The notes under the pieces: model-generated
The model's database searches: none
What the model saw: the letters and a program-made list of their open reading frames with translations, nothing else
What the model was told of the DNA's origin: nothing
Made by a program: the position numbers and the translations under genes
In this document: piece by piece, positions 19,523-31,100 of the stretch
Layout: each line of letters starts with the position of its first letter
Numbering within the stretch: the first letter of the stretch is position 1
Assembly: GCA_021513715.1 (NCBI GenBank)
Contig: CP084167.1
Span: forward strand, 1,056,001 to 1,120,000
Direction: 5' to 3'
From: Candidatus Heimdallarchaeum endolithica
Lineage (GTDB): Archaea; Asgardarchaeota; Heimdallarchaeia; Heimdallarchaeales; Heimdallarchaeaceae
DNA length: 64,000 nucleotides

Positions 19523-19583
19523 AGTTTTTCAACTTTTAGCTAATTTAAAAAGATTATTAGCTTTTAGGCATCTTTTTTGTTAG

Positions 19584-21005
19584 TTAATCACTGTAAGAAA
19601 CTGTTTCTTGTTTATAGTTTATCCAGTAGACATTTTCTTGTATCAAATCATGTTTTAATTTATTAGACTTAATAGTTGAGAAAGCATTTAGAAGCTTTAC
19701 ATAAGCCCACTCAAAAGAACCTCTCATTTTTAATTTTAGCAGTATTTGTATAATAAGTTCATAGAAAAGGAGAACATAAAAATCTATGAAAACTATCAGG
19801 TAAAAATATTCTTTTGGGATAACATAGTGTTTCATAAGATTAATACCTGTAGATTTTCGTATTATAACAGATAATATCCATCTAGGAAGCAATTCTAAAA
19901 TATTAAAGGAATAGATTGTTAAAGATAGTGTGCTCCATCTTCTAAAGAACTTCACCATCTTTTTATTAGCGACTTTCTCTCCTCTACCTCTAAATTCTAT
20001 CTGATTTAGCAAGATCATTACCAGAATTATCTGTCCTCCCAATCTTACTAAATAAGATCCAATTGATGGGGTATTTTCAATAGTAGTAAATGTAAAAATG
20101 TGATATTTTTGCGATAAGGAAGGAAATCGAAAACCTATAACAATAAGTATTGAGCCCAAGAAAATCATTAATAATCCTGATAAAACAAAATACAACAAAC
20201 CTTTTCTTTTTGGGTTTGGTTCAGACAAGAATAGACCAATAATTGTTCCTACAAATGAAGAGACTAAAAATGGCAGTAATGGGAACTTAGGCCCAATTAC
20301 TATGTTTAGGAGCATAGTTTTAAAGGTAAAATAATGACTAACCACATATATATCTGGCCAACCAGGAATATAGTTATTAGAAATTAGATCATTAAGGAAA
20401 GGAGTAGAAAAGAGAACAAGAAAAATTAGTATAACATAGATTAGGATGTATCTCTTTATTTTTTTATAACCTTCATTTTTTAATAGAAAGAATAGTATAA
20501 AACCATTAATAATAAGAGCAAAACCTATAATTTGAAGAGTCTGTATCCAAAAATTTTCAGATAGAAAAGGTCTAAAGTTTGACCAATCTCCTGAGCGAAT
20601 AGCTGTTCCGAAATATCCCCAATACCCCAATCCTTCAACTAAATATCCTATGAATACTATAACTACTCCACCGGCTACATTTTTCTTTAATAATTTTTTC
20701 ATATCATGTTCCATTCTCGCTTTTTTGGAAAAAGTGAGTGAATTAACTATTGCAGAAATGAAAAGAAAAAAACCATGCCAGGTCCCGAAATAACCTAACA
20801 GGACTATTAAAAACCATGTAAAAGGAGAAAAACTAAGATTACCTGAATAAAAAGAGTCCATTAACCAACTAGCATCAAAGAGTTTGTAACTTACGTGTAC
20901 TAAAATTACTCCAAAGATAGCTACACCTCTTAAGATATCTAGTGAGACCAATCTTTTCGGCAGTTTATCTACAGAAATATTTGCTTTTTTCTTTTCAAAA
21001 TTCAA
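19584..21005 (-). CDS. HGSNAT/DUF1624-like multi-TM acyltransferase
   Basis: RLVSLDILRGVAIFGVILVH; GYFGTAIRSGDWSN shared with 9074-10516; GSFEW. Confidence 0.78.
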   Translation of the reverse strand: MNFEKKKANISVDKLPKRLVSLDILRGVAIFGVILVHVSYKLFDASWLMDSFYSGNLSFSPFTWFLIVLLGYFGTWHGFFLFISAIVNSLTFSKKARMEHDMKKLLKKNVAGGVVIVFIGYLVEGLGYWGYFGTAIRSGDWSNFRPFLSENFWIQTLQIIGFALIINGFILFFLLKNEGYKKIKRYILIYVILIFLVLFSTPFLNDLISNNYIPGWPDIYVVSHYFTFKTMLLNIVIGPKFPLLPFLVSSFVGTIIGLFLSEPNPKRKGLLYFVLSGLLMIFLGSILIVIGFRFPSLSQKYHIFTFTTIENTPSIGSYLVRLGGQIILVMILLNQIEFRGRGEKVANKKMVKFFRRWSTLSLTIYSFNILELLPRWILSVIIRKSTGINLMKHYVIPKEYFYLIVFIDFYVLLFYELIIQILLKLKMRGSFEWAYVKLLNAFSTIKSNKLKHDLIQENVYWINYKQETVSYSD

Positions 21006-21162
21006 GCTCTTTCAACTCAATGTTTTCTTTTGGTTTAAAAATTCATTTAAGATTTTCTATTCTTATTTACTATTCACTAGCCAATCATTTTTACAAAATA
21101 CATTTCTGTTAGTAATAAATATACCTAAATAAGAAAAACTTAATTTTTTCTATTTCAGATAA

Positions 21163-21789
21163 TTATTTTCTGTTTTCATTATTTTTCCGTCTTTTTTTCT
21201 TCCTTTCTTCTCTGTCTTTTTTTATACGGTAAGGAATTAGAAAAGGAAAACTAAACAAGAAAACAAAAAACTCGAATATAATTGACCCTTTTTCTGGAGG
21301 TTTTCCTATAAATCTACTCAAAAAAGCATCAAAAGTGTTTCCTAACAAATTTCCTATTGAAATCATCCTTATTATAATTAGTATATTCTCTGCTTCTTCT
21401 TCCCCGTAAAAATCAATCAACTGTTCTAAAGCCTCTTTTTGTGGGTTTTCCTCTGTTTCTGTGAAGTGTTGTGCAAACATTAATGCTAAACTCTCTTCTT
21501 CTGAACTGATATTAAAATTGAATTTCATTAATTCTTTTATTTCTTCTTCATTGCAGCCAGCTTTTTTAGCCCAATCAGTGTGTCCCCAAGCGCAATAGCG
21601 ACAACCATTTACCGCAGTGACTACTAACATTATTCTTTCTCGAAAAGCTTCACTTATTTTTTCAGATCGCATTGCTCTTCGAACTATCTTTCTGTTTTGC
21701 ATTATTACTTTATTAGCTTTGTAAAATGTTCTAAAAGTGAAAGTTCTTTTTGAAAAATATTTACCATATTCTATAATTTTATTTCTCAT
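21163..21789 (-). CDS. AhpD/carboxymuconolactone decarboxylase family protein with C-terminal TM
   Basis: RERIMLVVTAVNGCRYCAWGH (CxxC..H); ORF track extends to 21831. Confidence 0.88.
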   Translation of the reverse strand: MRNKIIEYGKYFSKRTFTFRTFYKANKVIMQNRKIVRRAMRSEKISEAFRERIMLVVTAVNGCRYCAWGHTDWAKKAGCNEEEIKELMKFNFNISSEEESLALMFAQHFTETEENPQKEALEQLIDFYGEEEAENILIIIRMISIGNLLGNTFDAFLSRFIGKPPEKGSIIFEFFVFLFSFPFLIPYRIKKDREERKKKRRKNNENRK

Positions 21790-22031
21790 TCGACTACCCC
21801 TTTGAAATGAAGAGATTATAAGAAAATTCATTTTACAAGAAAAATTAGAGAATTCTAAATAGTACCTTAAAATTCAGTTTTCTTAATTTATAAGCTTTTT
21901 ACTTTTTAATTATGTTTTTTCACTTGTGTAAAGTGTCCTTCTATAATAGGTGAATAATAAGTAAAAGTTTTGATAGTTTGTGTTCAGGTTCTAACAATGC
22001 AATAATCATAAAGTTGCAAAATCTGAAATAT

Positions 22032-24620
22032 TTAACTAATCCATTTAATTTTTTTCAATCCTGACCTAAAACTTAATTTTTTCTGTCCGGATAATAAAAG
22101 ATATTTATTATCCTCACTAAGCAGATTTCTATTGTTAATTAATTCCAAAAAATCTTTCAACAGTCTTTCTTCAATGTTTGTTCCCGTATTTTTATCTAAA
22201 TTTCTGTTTCTTGTTAGGAATTTAATTATAGTTTTAATAAAACTGTTTCTTGATTTTTGTTTTTTAAACAATTCATCAAAATATGTCTGTAAATAGATTT
22301 TTTCCTGAACATATAGTCTTTGATTTTTCAGAGCAAATTTTGTTGGTAGTGTTAATCTTAATGTAGACAGATTATCATTTTTTATTGAAATAAAACAAGG
22401 GATGTAACCCAATGCAATTCTTTTTGTAGTTTCATAATTTTTTAGCGGAGATAGAGAAGAATCTATTGCATATCTCCTAGCTATTTGTTGTTCATCACTT
22501 ACATCCATTATCATTTTTTCTCTAACACTAATTTTTATAGATTCTATAAGTTCCACTTTATTCTGATAATCTTTAACAAACCTCTTATTTTTTTCTTCAT
22601 TTTTTTCTAGAATTCTCATCACTTCTTGTTGTTTCTTCAACAGTCCACGTAATTGATTTTCTTGTGATAGAATTTCTTCCTCAAATTCTTTAATTTTTTT
22701 TAATTGCTCAATTTGCAATTTAGAATAGCCAGTTTTCATTCTATTTAATCTATTAACCTCATTTTCAAATTGAACTAATTTCTCTCTTAATTCATTTCTT
22801 AAGTCATTATATGTGATATTTCTTAATTGTATTCGAATTTGTTCGATGTTATTTTTTGCGTCTTTAATACGTAAGTTAGTTTTCTTTATTTCATTTTCAA
22901 TTTCTTCTACTTTATTCTTTATCCTTTCTCTATTATTTCTATTTTGAGATATTGACTTTTTAAGTTTCGAAACTTCTGTATTAATTTTTTCTAATATTCG
23001 TTGATTTTGACTGATTACATTTTTTAGAACTGCTACCTCTCTATTATAGTTCTCATACAATTTTTCAAATATTTCATCAGCTGTTTCAACAAACATTTGA
23101 AAATATGAAATAAGCCTTTCGCTTCCCACAATGTCTCCTTTTAGAATATCCCCAATGTCTTTTTTGACTAAACTATCCATTTTTTCAGCAGAATAGATTT
23201 TAGGTTCTATTAAACCGTCATATTCTTCAAAATTAACATATTCATATATTCTAATGAATGGTAAGAAATTTTCTAGATCTTGAACAAAATGTCTGAGAAT
23301 TACATTTATTGTGATATTCTTTTCAATAATATCAAGTTCTAATTCTCTTTCAAATTTTTCTAACGCAGGAAAATCATAAATTTCACTTATTTTTTCGCCA
23401 ACTTTATCTAAATTCCTGACTTGTCTATAAGAAAACGACATTGTATTTGATTCAAATAGTTGCGATATTGATATTGGTATAATTTCTTTTTCTGAAAGAT
23501 AAAATGCCATTGGAATAAATAATGGTGCTATTTTCGAGTATTTTATTTTTTCATAATTAAGAGCTTGCATTGCCAATACTAAAGACTCATCAAGGCTCCA
23601 TGTAGAAAATAATTTTTTTCCTTCGACTAATCCAAATGGAAAAGAAAATATTAGATATTCTGCATCAGGCAAAGGTTGATAGGTTTTCTTATTTTTTTGT
23701 TCTAATTTTGGTCTCGAAGGAAGAGGTTGAATTTTTTTACCTTCCCTTGGTTTGATAATATCTACAGATTCTAATTTTAGTTTATAATCTACAGAGATTT
23801 TTGCATTACCTTCTAGTTCGTAGCTATAAAAATTGTCATTTAAAGAAGGTTCGAAAAAAACACTTATATGCCCAGGATCAACAAAACCTATTTCTGGTGG
23901 AGTATAGGTAGGATCAACAGGCACCCATTTCTTTCTAGTATATATCTCTGCCCATGCATGACCACCCCAATCATCCACAATCTTACCATCTACAAACTCA
24001 AAATTTCCTGAGAAGCCAGAAACTAATCTACAAGGAATGTTTACAGCTCTGCATAAAGCAGCAAAAAGATTTGCTTTTTCATAACAAACACCCGTTTTCA
24101 AAACATAAGTATCATAAGCAGTTCGTTTCTTCCCCCCATATATTTCTGCATAAAGTATATTTCTATTTACGTACTCAGCTATCCTTGTAATTGCTTCTTC
24201 TAAATTTTTACAATTTTGAGTTAACTTCTTTGATTCATTAATTAATTGTTCATTTTCAGATTCTACTTCAAACGATGGAATTAAATAATTGTTTATCTCT
24301 GGGAGATACTTCTGAATAATTGGAAAAGGGATATTACTCATATCTTCTTTTTTAGCATTGGATATTATTTCAAGTTCTGCTTTGAAAATCACTGGATTAT
24401 CTGTGAAGTTATATGAATCGTAATGCACTTCTATTACTTGATCTTTATTTTCAATAGAAGAAGGTTCAGGTGAAATATCAATAAGTTTCACTCTTTGGTA
24501 ACGAGAATTTCCCGGCAGATACAAAGATAATTCGATAGCATCTAAAGTACCCTCAAAACAATATATATAGAAACCAAAGCTTATTTTAAATTTAGCATAC
24601 TCAGCGTTTAAAATGTCCAC
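22032..24620 (-). CDS. Transglutaminase-like protein fused to a long coiled coil
   Basis: GVCYEKANLF / HAWAEIY / WVPVDPT give a Cys-His-Asp triad; heptad-rich region about aa 520-700; no signal peptide. Confidence 0.88.
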   Translation of the reverse strand: MDILNAEYAKFKISFGFYIYCFEGTLDAIELSLYLPGNSRYQRVKLIDISPEPSSIENKDQVIEVHYDSYNFTDNPVIFKAELEIISNAKKEDMSNIPFPIIQKYLPEINNYLIPSFEVESENEQLINESKKLTQNCKNLEEAITRIAEYVNRNILYAEIYGGKKRTAYDTYVLKTGVCYEKANLFAALCRAVNIPCRLVSGFSGNFEFVDGKIVDDWGGHAWAEIYTRKKWVPVDPTYTPPEIGFVDPGHISVFFEPSLNDNFYSYELEGNAKISVDYKLKLESVDIIKPREGKKIQPLPSRPKLEQKNKKTYQPLPDAEYLIFSFPFGLVEGKKLFSTWSLDESLVLAMQALNYEKIKYSKIAPLFIPMAFYLSEKEIIPISISQLFESNTMSFSYRQVRNLDKVGEKISEIYDFPALEKFERELELDIIEKNITINVILRHFVQDLENFLPFIRIYEYVNFEEYDGLIEPKIYSAEKMDSLVKKDIGDILKGDIVGSERLISYFQMFVETADEIFEKLYENYNREVAVLKNVISQNQRILEKINTEVSKLKKSISQNRNNRERIKNKVEEIENEIKKTNLRIKDAKNNIEQIRIQLRNITYNDLRNELREKLVQFENEVNRLNRMKTGYSKLQIEQLKKIKEFEEEILSQENQLRGLLKKQQEVMRILEKNEEKNKRFVKDYQNKVELIESIKISVREKMIMDVSDEQQIARRYAIDSSLSPLKNYETTKRIALGYIPCFISIKNDNLSTLRLTLPTKFALKNQRLYVQEKIYLQTYFDELFKKQKSRNSFIKTIIKFLTRNRNLDKNTGTNIEERLLKDFLELINNRNLLSEDNKYLLLSGQKKLSFRSGLKKIKWIS

Positions 24621-24654
24621 AAAATTTTGTTCGGAAATAGTATCAGCCCCTAAT

Positions 24655-27600
24655 TTATCCTTTTCCTTTTTTTATACGTATTTTTAATATTGATCCTACG
24701 TCTATTCTATGCTTTATTCCATCTTTCTTAATAATAGGAGAAATATCTATGATATCTTCTTTATTAAAACTCCCTTTACGTACTTCCATCCTAACGTCAT
24801 TGATTTGTTTTTCCATTTCTCCTTTAACAATAATTATATCAACAAATAACAATGGCTGATTGTCTTGATAAAACATTTCATCCTCCAACTCGTATAATTC
24901 AATTAGTTTAGGATGAACTGATATTGAAGCACTACGATTATTGTGATTTGCAACTACAACCTCAACGAACTCATTCTTCATTAATTTGTCTAATCCTCGA
25001 ACGTCCAGAGTAGAATCTCTCTTTGATATTATATTTTCAGTTACTTTAGGTGGTATTCTGGAAGCTATTGTACGTTCTCTCTTTTGTGTTGAAGAGCTAG
25101 AAGTTGGAAATTGTCCATATAATCCAAGTTTTTCAGCAATTTTTTTGTTTTTTATAATATCCTTATAAAATGGATTTTCCTCTACAAAATTAGTACGACT
25201 GTCAGAATAGATGTATCGTTCTAGACTTTCTTTAAATTCATTACTACTCGAATGTGGAATTACATGAATAATATCAAACTTGGAAATTTTATAATTAATA
25301 TTAGCTCCTGAATTTTTATTTTCTCTGTATAGTACTATTGCTTGACGTAGTAAAGCTTCCAAACTGTTTTTTATATCACGAGGTGTTTGACGACCACATG
25401 ACATTTGACCAAGATGAAGGCATACATCATCTAAATTATTTTTTATGTCCTCATCATAAAGAATAGAATAAAATTTGTTTTTTAAATGCTTTTCTATATT
25501 GCTTTTCCATATTGTAGCATATACATCTTTTGTTTCTGGTGGAAGAATTTTTATTATGTCCGAGGATCTAGATTTTATAGCTTTATTCATCTGACTTGGA
25601 ATAAGATTAGTCAAAAAAATCAATCTAACATGTTCCTCCAGTCTAGATAATGAAGAAGTGCGTTCTTTTAAGACATTAATAATTTGTTTATTTTGAATAT
25701 AGTGACTATCACTTAGAAAAATATCTGCCTCATCAAAAACAGCAAAACAAGGTGAAGATGATAATATAGTATCAATCGCTTCATGCATATCTTCTGGTGT
25801 AATAATTTCTTTCAAATTAAATACAAGCACATTTAGTTCTTTTTTATAGAAGTTCTTTAAGGCAGATATCAGCATTGTTTTTCCACAACCAGGAGGACCA
25901 AATAATATTATTATTGGTATATGATCCATAAATTGTTGTTGCTCTGATAATGTAAGCATAGATTGGCCATGACAATATAAAATTACCTTTGGTTCATCTA
26001 AACCCTTAATATCTTTAAAAGTTGCTTTAGTTATTACCGTTGATTCCTTTCTTTCTTCCAAAAATCCTTTGAAAAAGTTTTCTCTCTCACTTTTGCCCAT
26101 GCTATCAACATTTGTATATTTAAAAAGTGAATATTTTTCTCGATTTTCTTTGTTATCAAAAAAATTTATGAATTCTTCTTCTCTATATCGTGCCTTATGA
26201 AATACACCTGTTCTATATCGTTCATAAATTTCCATCTTTACATTTGAACCTCTGAGCTCTTGAAATATTGAGCGCTCATTTTTTATTTGTTCAATTATTA
26301 GATTATTCAATTCATCTTTTTTATTCAACATGTTATTGTTATATGGCTCAAAATTTATATTAAATAATGCAGCTCTAATGTTTCGTGGTGCAATCTTTTT
26401 TCGCATTGCTTCTTGCGCAAATTTTTCTAAATCAAGATTAGCAATTACTTCTTCTCTAATTCCCAATTCATTACGTAGAATAACTTCAATAATATGTTGG
26501 TACTCCCATATATTATAAGGTAATCCAACGAAAATACTTCTATCAATTCGCTGAAATATTCTTCTATCCATTTTGTCTGGATGGTTTGTACAAAATACTA
26601 TCAATAGCTTATTATTAGAATGTGTTTCACCTTCAAGTTCTGATAGAAGCGTATTTAATACTTCTTCTCTAGCAACTGTACCACCGTCTTCGTGTGATGA
26701 AGAAGGAGGATGTGATATTGTATCAATATCATCAAATATTAATGCACAACCTTTACTATTTTCCATATTTGCGGCTAATCTTGCCCTCTCAAAATAGGTA
26801 GCCAAATTAGCAGCACTAGAACCCACATATCTTTCCATTATGTCACTTGGTCTTTCAATGTGAATTACATTCAATCCTAAAGCATCACATAATCTAACTG
26901 CCATAACTGTTTTTCCTGTTCCCGGAGGACCATAGAGTAGAACTTTATAACCACGTCTATTAATATCGGACATAGCTTTTTTATATGAATCAAGTATTAT
27001 ATATTTTAATTTCTCATTTCCTCCGATTTCAGAAAATGTATATTTAGGCTTAGGAGGTTCAGGATTTTGAAGGAACTTCATGTTATAAGATACAGAAATT
27101 TGATGAAAAAATTGTAAGTCCTGTTCAGGAAATTCATGTATTGACTGGATATGTGTAATAATATTATTGAAAACAAGCCTTTTTTTTGGAGAATTTTCTA
27201 GTTCAGACTCTATTATTGAAAATGAATCAATAACATTTCTTTTAGAAACTAGATCAGCTAATATTTCGACATCATCAGGAGAAATAGAAGAAATAGAATG
27301 TGTTTGAAATTTCTTTTGTATTAATTCTTTAATTCGTTCTTTTTTTAAAGGTGGAACATAAATTAAATTAAACATCTTTGCTATTCTTGAATGACCAGCA
27401 TGTCTCACAAGGTCTTGATAGTATAATTCTGAACAATATATTATTGTATAAGATCCTGTATTATCAATGCTTAAATTTTCCAATTCATTAATCAATGAAT
27501 AAAATCGCTCCTTCAATTGTTCAAATAAATTATTTCCCCCTCTTTGGTTAACAGCTAAAGGACGTTCTAGCCCATCTACTCTTATGATGTAAGGTTTACT

Positions 27601-27930
27601 CTTTAACTTTTTGTATAAATTAATAAAACTAATTCTCTGTCCAGAAGTAAAACTAGCTTGATTTTCATATAAATTTATAAATTGAGAATAAGGTGATGTA
27701 ACCGTTAATTTCTTATAAAAGCATTTAGCTAAATCCTTAACAGATGAAATTGAAGGACCAAAGAAGAATACTCCATTTTTGATTTTTGAATTTGTTTTAA
27801 TATCTTCTGCTCTTGCATTTACAATATCTTCCAACAATTTTTCAAACAAATAATCCCAAACTTCTTTAGGATAATATTCTTTTATCTCAGAACATAAATC
27901 CCTTTCTCCAACTAGTAGGTCTCTACTCAT
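24655..27930 (-). CDS. Cdc48-like multi-module AAA+ ATPase
   Basis: Walker A GPPGTGKT and GPPGCGKT; Walker B LIFDDID and AVFDEAD; pore loop IMERYVG; SRH CTNHPDKMD; a further degenerate N-terminal module (FFFGPSISSVK). ATG at 27930; ORF track starts at 27939. Confidence 0.9.
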   Translation of the reverse strand: MSRDLLVGERDLCSEIKEYYPKEVWDYLFEKLLEDIVNARAEDIKTNSKIKNGVFFFGPSISSVKDLAKCFYKKLTVTSPYSQFINLYENQASFTSGQRISFINLYKKLKSKPYIIRVDGLERPLAVNQRGGNNLFEQLKERFYSLINELENLSIDNTGSYTIIYCSELYYQDLVRHAGHSRIAKMFNLIYVPPLKKERIKELIQKKFQTHSISSISPDDVEILADLVSKRNVIDSFSIIESELENSPKKRLVFNNIITHIQSIHEFPEQDLQFFHQISVSYNMKFLQNPEPPKPKYTFSEIGGNEKLKYIILDSYKKAMSDINRRGYKVLLYGPPGTGKTVMAVRLCDALGLNVIHIERPSDIMERYVGSSAANLATYFERARLAANMENSKGCALIFDDIDTISHPPSSSHEDGGTVAREEVLNTLLSELEGETHSNNKLLIVFCTNHPDKMDRRIFQRIDRSIFVGLPYNIWEYQHIIEVILRNELGIREEVIANLDLEKFAQEAMRKKIAPRNIRAALFNINFEPYNNNMLNKKDELNNLIIEQIKNERSIFQELRGSNVKMEIYERYRTGVFHKARYREEEFINFFDNKENREKYSLFKYTNVDSMGKSERENFFKGFLEERKESTVITKATFKDIKGLDEPKVILYCHGQSMLTLSEQQQFMDHIPIIILFGPPGCGKTMLISALKNFYKKELNVLVFNLKEIITPEDMHEAIDTILSSSPCFAVFDEADIFLSDSHYIQNKQIINVLKERTSSLSRLEEHVRLIFLTNLIPSQMNKAIKSRSSDIIKILPPETKDVYATIWKSNIEKHLKNKFYSILYDEDIKNNLDDVCLHLGQMSCGRQTPRDIKNSLEALLRQAIVLYRENKNSGANINYKISKFDIIHVIPHSSSNEFKESLERYIYSDSRTNFVEENPFYKDIIKNKKIAEKLGLYGQFPTSSSSTQKRERTIASRIPPKVTENIISKRDSTLDVRGLDKLMKNEFVEVVVANHNNRSASISVHPKLIELYELEDEMFYQDNQPLLFVDIIIVKGEMEKQINDVRMEVRKGSFNKEDIIDISPIIKKDGIKHRIDVGSILKIRIKKGKG

Positions 27931-28135
27931 ATATAGCACCGATATTTATGTAAAAGAACTATATATATTCTCTTAAAAACTTTATTGTAGAAAAAATAGC
28001 GAGAGCTCTTTATGTTTATCTTGTGCTTAAATTGAAAAAACTACCAGATAAAAATTTTAGTATTTTTAGTTAACAAAATTTTTAATTAATGAAAGTTATC
28101 TACTAAAACACCTAAATGGTTTATAAAAAATAGGG

Positions 28136-31100
28136 GTGGTCAATATTAAAAGAGAAAAGATATTTAGTTATTTGATAATTTTATTGTTCTTATTAAATCC
28201 ATTCTCAACAGTTTTAATAAAGGATATTGAAAACAAAGATACTAAAAATAACGAAATAACTGACATCAAACCAGAGCATATAAATTCAAATATAAAAAAC
28301 ATAAGTAATAATCCTAAATCAGAAAATAAGAAAACTAAAATTAAAAATGATTATAATAAAAGTTCAAAAATTGAAGAAAAAAATACTAAAAAATTATCGG
28401 TGGAACTAAAAAAATACTCTAATGGATCTTACGTATCAGGAACAATTGAGCTCTATTTTACTTGTTCAGGCGTACCTAAAGCACAATCTATGACTCTATT
28501 GATAAATAATCAATTTAAAATGTGGGTATTGGGTTCAATAGGTATCTATATCTGGAATACAAAAACAATTGACGATGGAAAATATTACTTAAAATTAATT
28601 GTACATACAGAAAACAAAGACTACGCATTCTTTTGGTATATCTACGTTAGTAACAATATAACAGAAGAAAAAGTTTCTAATGAAAATGTAACTACCACTA
28701 AAAGTGATATAAAATCAGCTTTTCTCTTTATCCCCCCAATTTCAAGTAATACAATGCAATACATAAGTTCCAATATTGACATCACAATTAAAAATCCAGC
28801 TAATGATTCAACAGTAGGTGGAGATGTAACAATTGATGCCAATGCTAGTTCTAGCGTTGGAACAATAAGTGAAATGAGAATTTATATTGATGAAGAATTA
28901 AAGAAGAGCGTATTTGATATTGACAGCATAACTTATTTATGGAGTAGCTATTCAAACCCTGATGGAAATTATAATATTACAATTTATGCTAAGGATTCTG
29001 ATGGAGGAGAAAGCACAAAAACAATTTTTGTTCAAACAAACAACCACCCCGATATTAGTTTTATTTCACCAAGTAATAATGAAACAATAATCAAAGGAAT
29101 TTATTTAATTCAAGGAGAAGCAGTTTGTGAAGACACAATAAGTTGGTTTGCATTGAGAGTTGACAGTCTAACAGTTTATAACAGCTCTTCAAGTTCTATT
29201 TCGTATAACCTAGATACTGTTTCTTACTTTGATGGGAGACACACTTTAGAATTAATATGTAAGACAATTCATTCAATAGAAACAAACTTAAAATATATAG
29301 TAATAATTGATAATACAAAACCAGTTTTGTTTACTGATTATCCTACAAATAATACAGATATATATGGAACAATAACCCTAACAACTTCTGCATTTGATGT
29401 TCATTTTTCAAAAATTCAAATTATTATAAATGGAACAACAGTTTATTCTAATGGAAATGGAAGTTTTACCTGGAAAACAATCAATTATGAAGATGCTTAC
29501 TACAATGTTACAACAATAGCTAGTGACACAGTAGGTAACTCGCAAAAAGAATACTATCTTTACAAAATTGATAATGTGCCTAATTTTCATGTTAAACCAG
29601 AAAAAATAGTCATTGAAGGAAGTCAAAATTTCAATATAACAATAAATTGTGCAAATGAATTGAAATTTATCAGTTTATATTTTAATGGACTTTTATATTA
29701 TCAGACTACTAGTTATAATTTTAGTTATTTATTAGATTCTCTTGACTTTTTAGATGGAAATCTTACTGTATTAGTGAAAGCTATAGACACTGAAAATGTT
29801 GAATATTACTACTATACTTGGGTTATAGTTGATAACGATCCAGAAATCACAATTGATAATGATATAAATAATACTTATGTTCATGGGATACTTTCTTTGA
29901 ATTGTTTTTCCTCTAGTAATCATGTTACTAACATATCTGCAATCCTGGACAATACAGAAATTGCTTTTAATGATTCAAATTACCTTTCAATTAGCATTGA
30001 TACAAAAACATTGGCAACCACAAACCATAATCTTACAATAGTAATAAACGGCTTATACGGCCAAAATTCTACATACATTAATTTTTATGTCAATAATAAT
30101 CCAACAATTGATAGTTTTATTCCTCTGACGGGAACAAAGGTATTTAATGAAGTTAGTATAGAAGCATCAATAACCTTTGAGAACAATCCTGGTATAATAA
30201 TATTTTATATTAATGGAACAGTCGTTTATTCAATATCTGGAAGCAGTTCTGCGACCTACACATGGAACACTGAAAGTTATACCGATGGAACATACAATAT
30301 TTCTGTTTATTGTAAAGATGAATTTGGATTTTCTAATTTTACTTCAAACTTAATTTATTTAGAAAATACACCTGAAATATCGTTTCTTGACTGTACACCT
30401 GCAAATTCTACAGAAATCCATGCGACAGTTTTTGTTGCAGGTTATGTGACCTCGATTTTCGATATAGATTATGTTCAACTTTGGTTTAATAATTCCTTAA
30501 TAAATTCTACAAATTCAAAAAACTTCAATTTTAGTATTAATACTCTAAATTATAAAGATGGACAAAAGAATCTTACTATTATTGTAAAAACATTAAACTC
30601 TACAACAAACTATGTTTATATGCAATATTATATAAACAATGTACCAGAAATATTTCTTGATTCATTTAATGATGGAAGCAAAGTAGGGGGTAATTTTCTA
30701 CTAAAATTACATGTTGAATCTTTCTTTTCAGATCTTATACTTTCATTATATATCAATAACGAATTAAGGGAACAAATATCAAATTATCAGATTACTTATA
30801 ATTGGAATACAGAGGAGCTTTCAGATGGCAACGCAAATATCACCATTTATGCAGAGTGTACTGGAGGAAATAACATTTCAATTGCAATTGTTGAAATTGA
30901 TAATATACCAGATATCGAAATCATAAGTCCAGTTTCATTTAATGAGAAATTTATTGACAATGTTCTTTTTGATTTCATTGGGTCAGGATATTTTAATATT
31001 TCAAATGTATCATTATTTTTTGATAATAATTTAATACATTCAGTTACTGACACACAATATTTTACATATAACTTAGACACAACAAAATATGCCGACAATA

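Noticed and set aside
24655-27930. Annotating as housekeeping cdc48/VAT
   Set aside because: It lacks the N-terminal N-domain, has an extra degenerate module and a divergent second ring.
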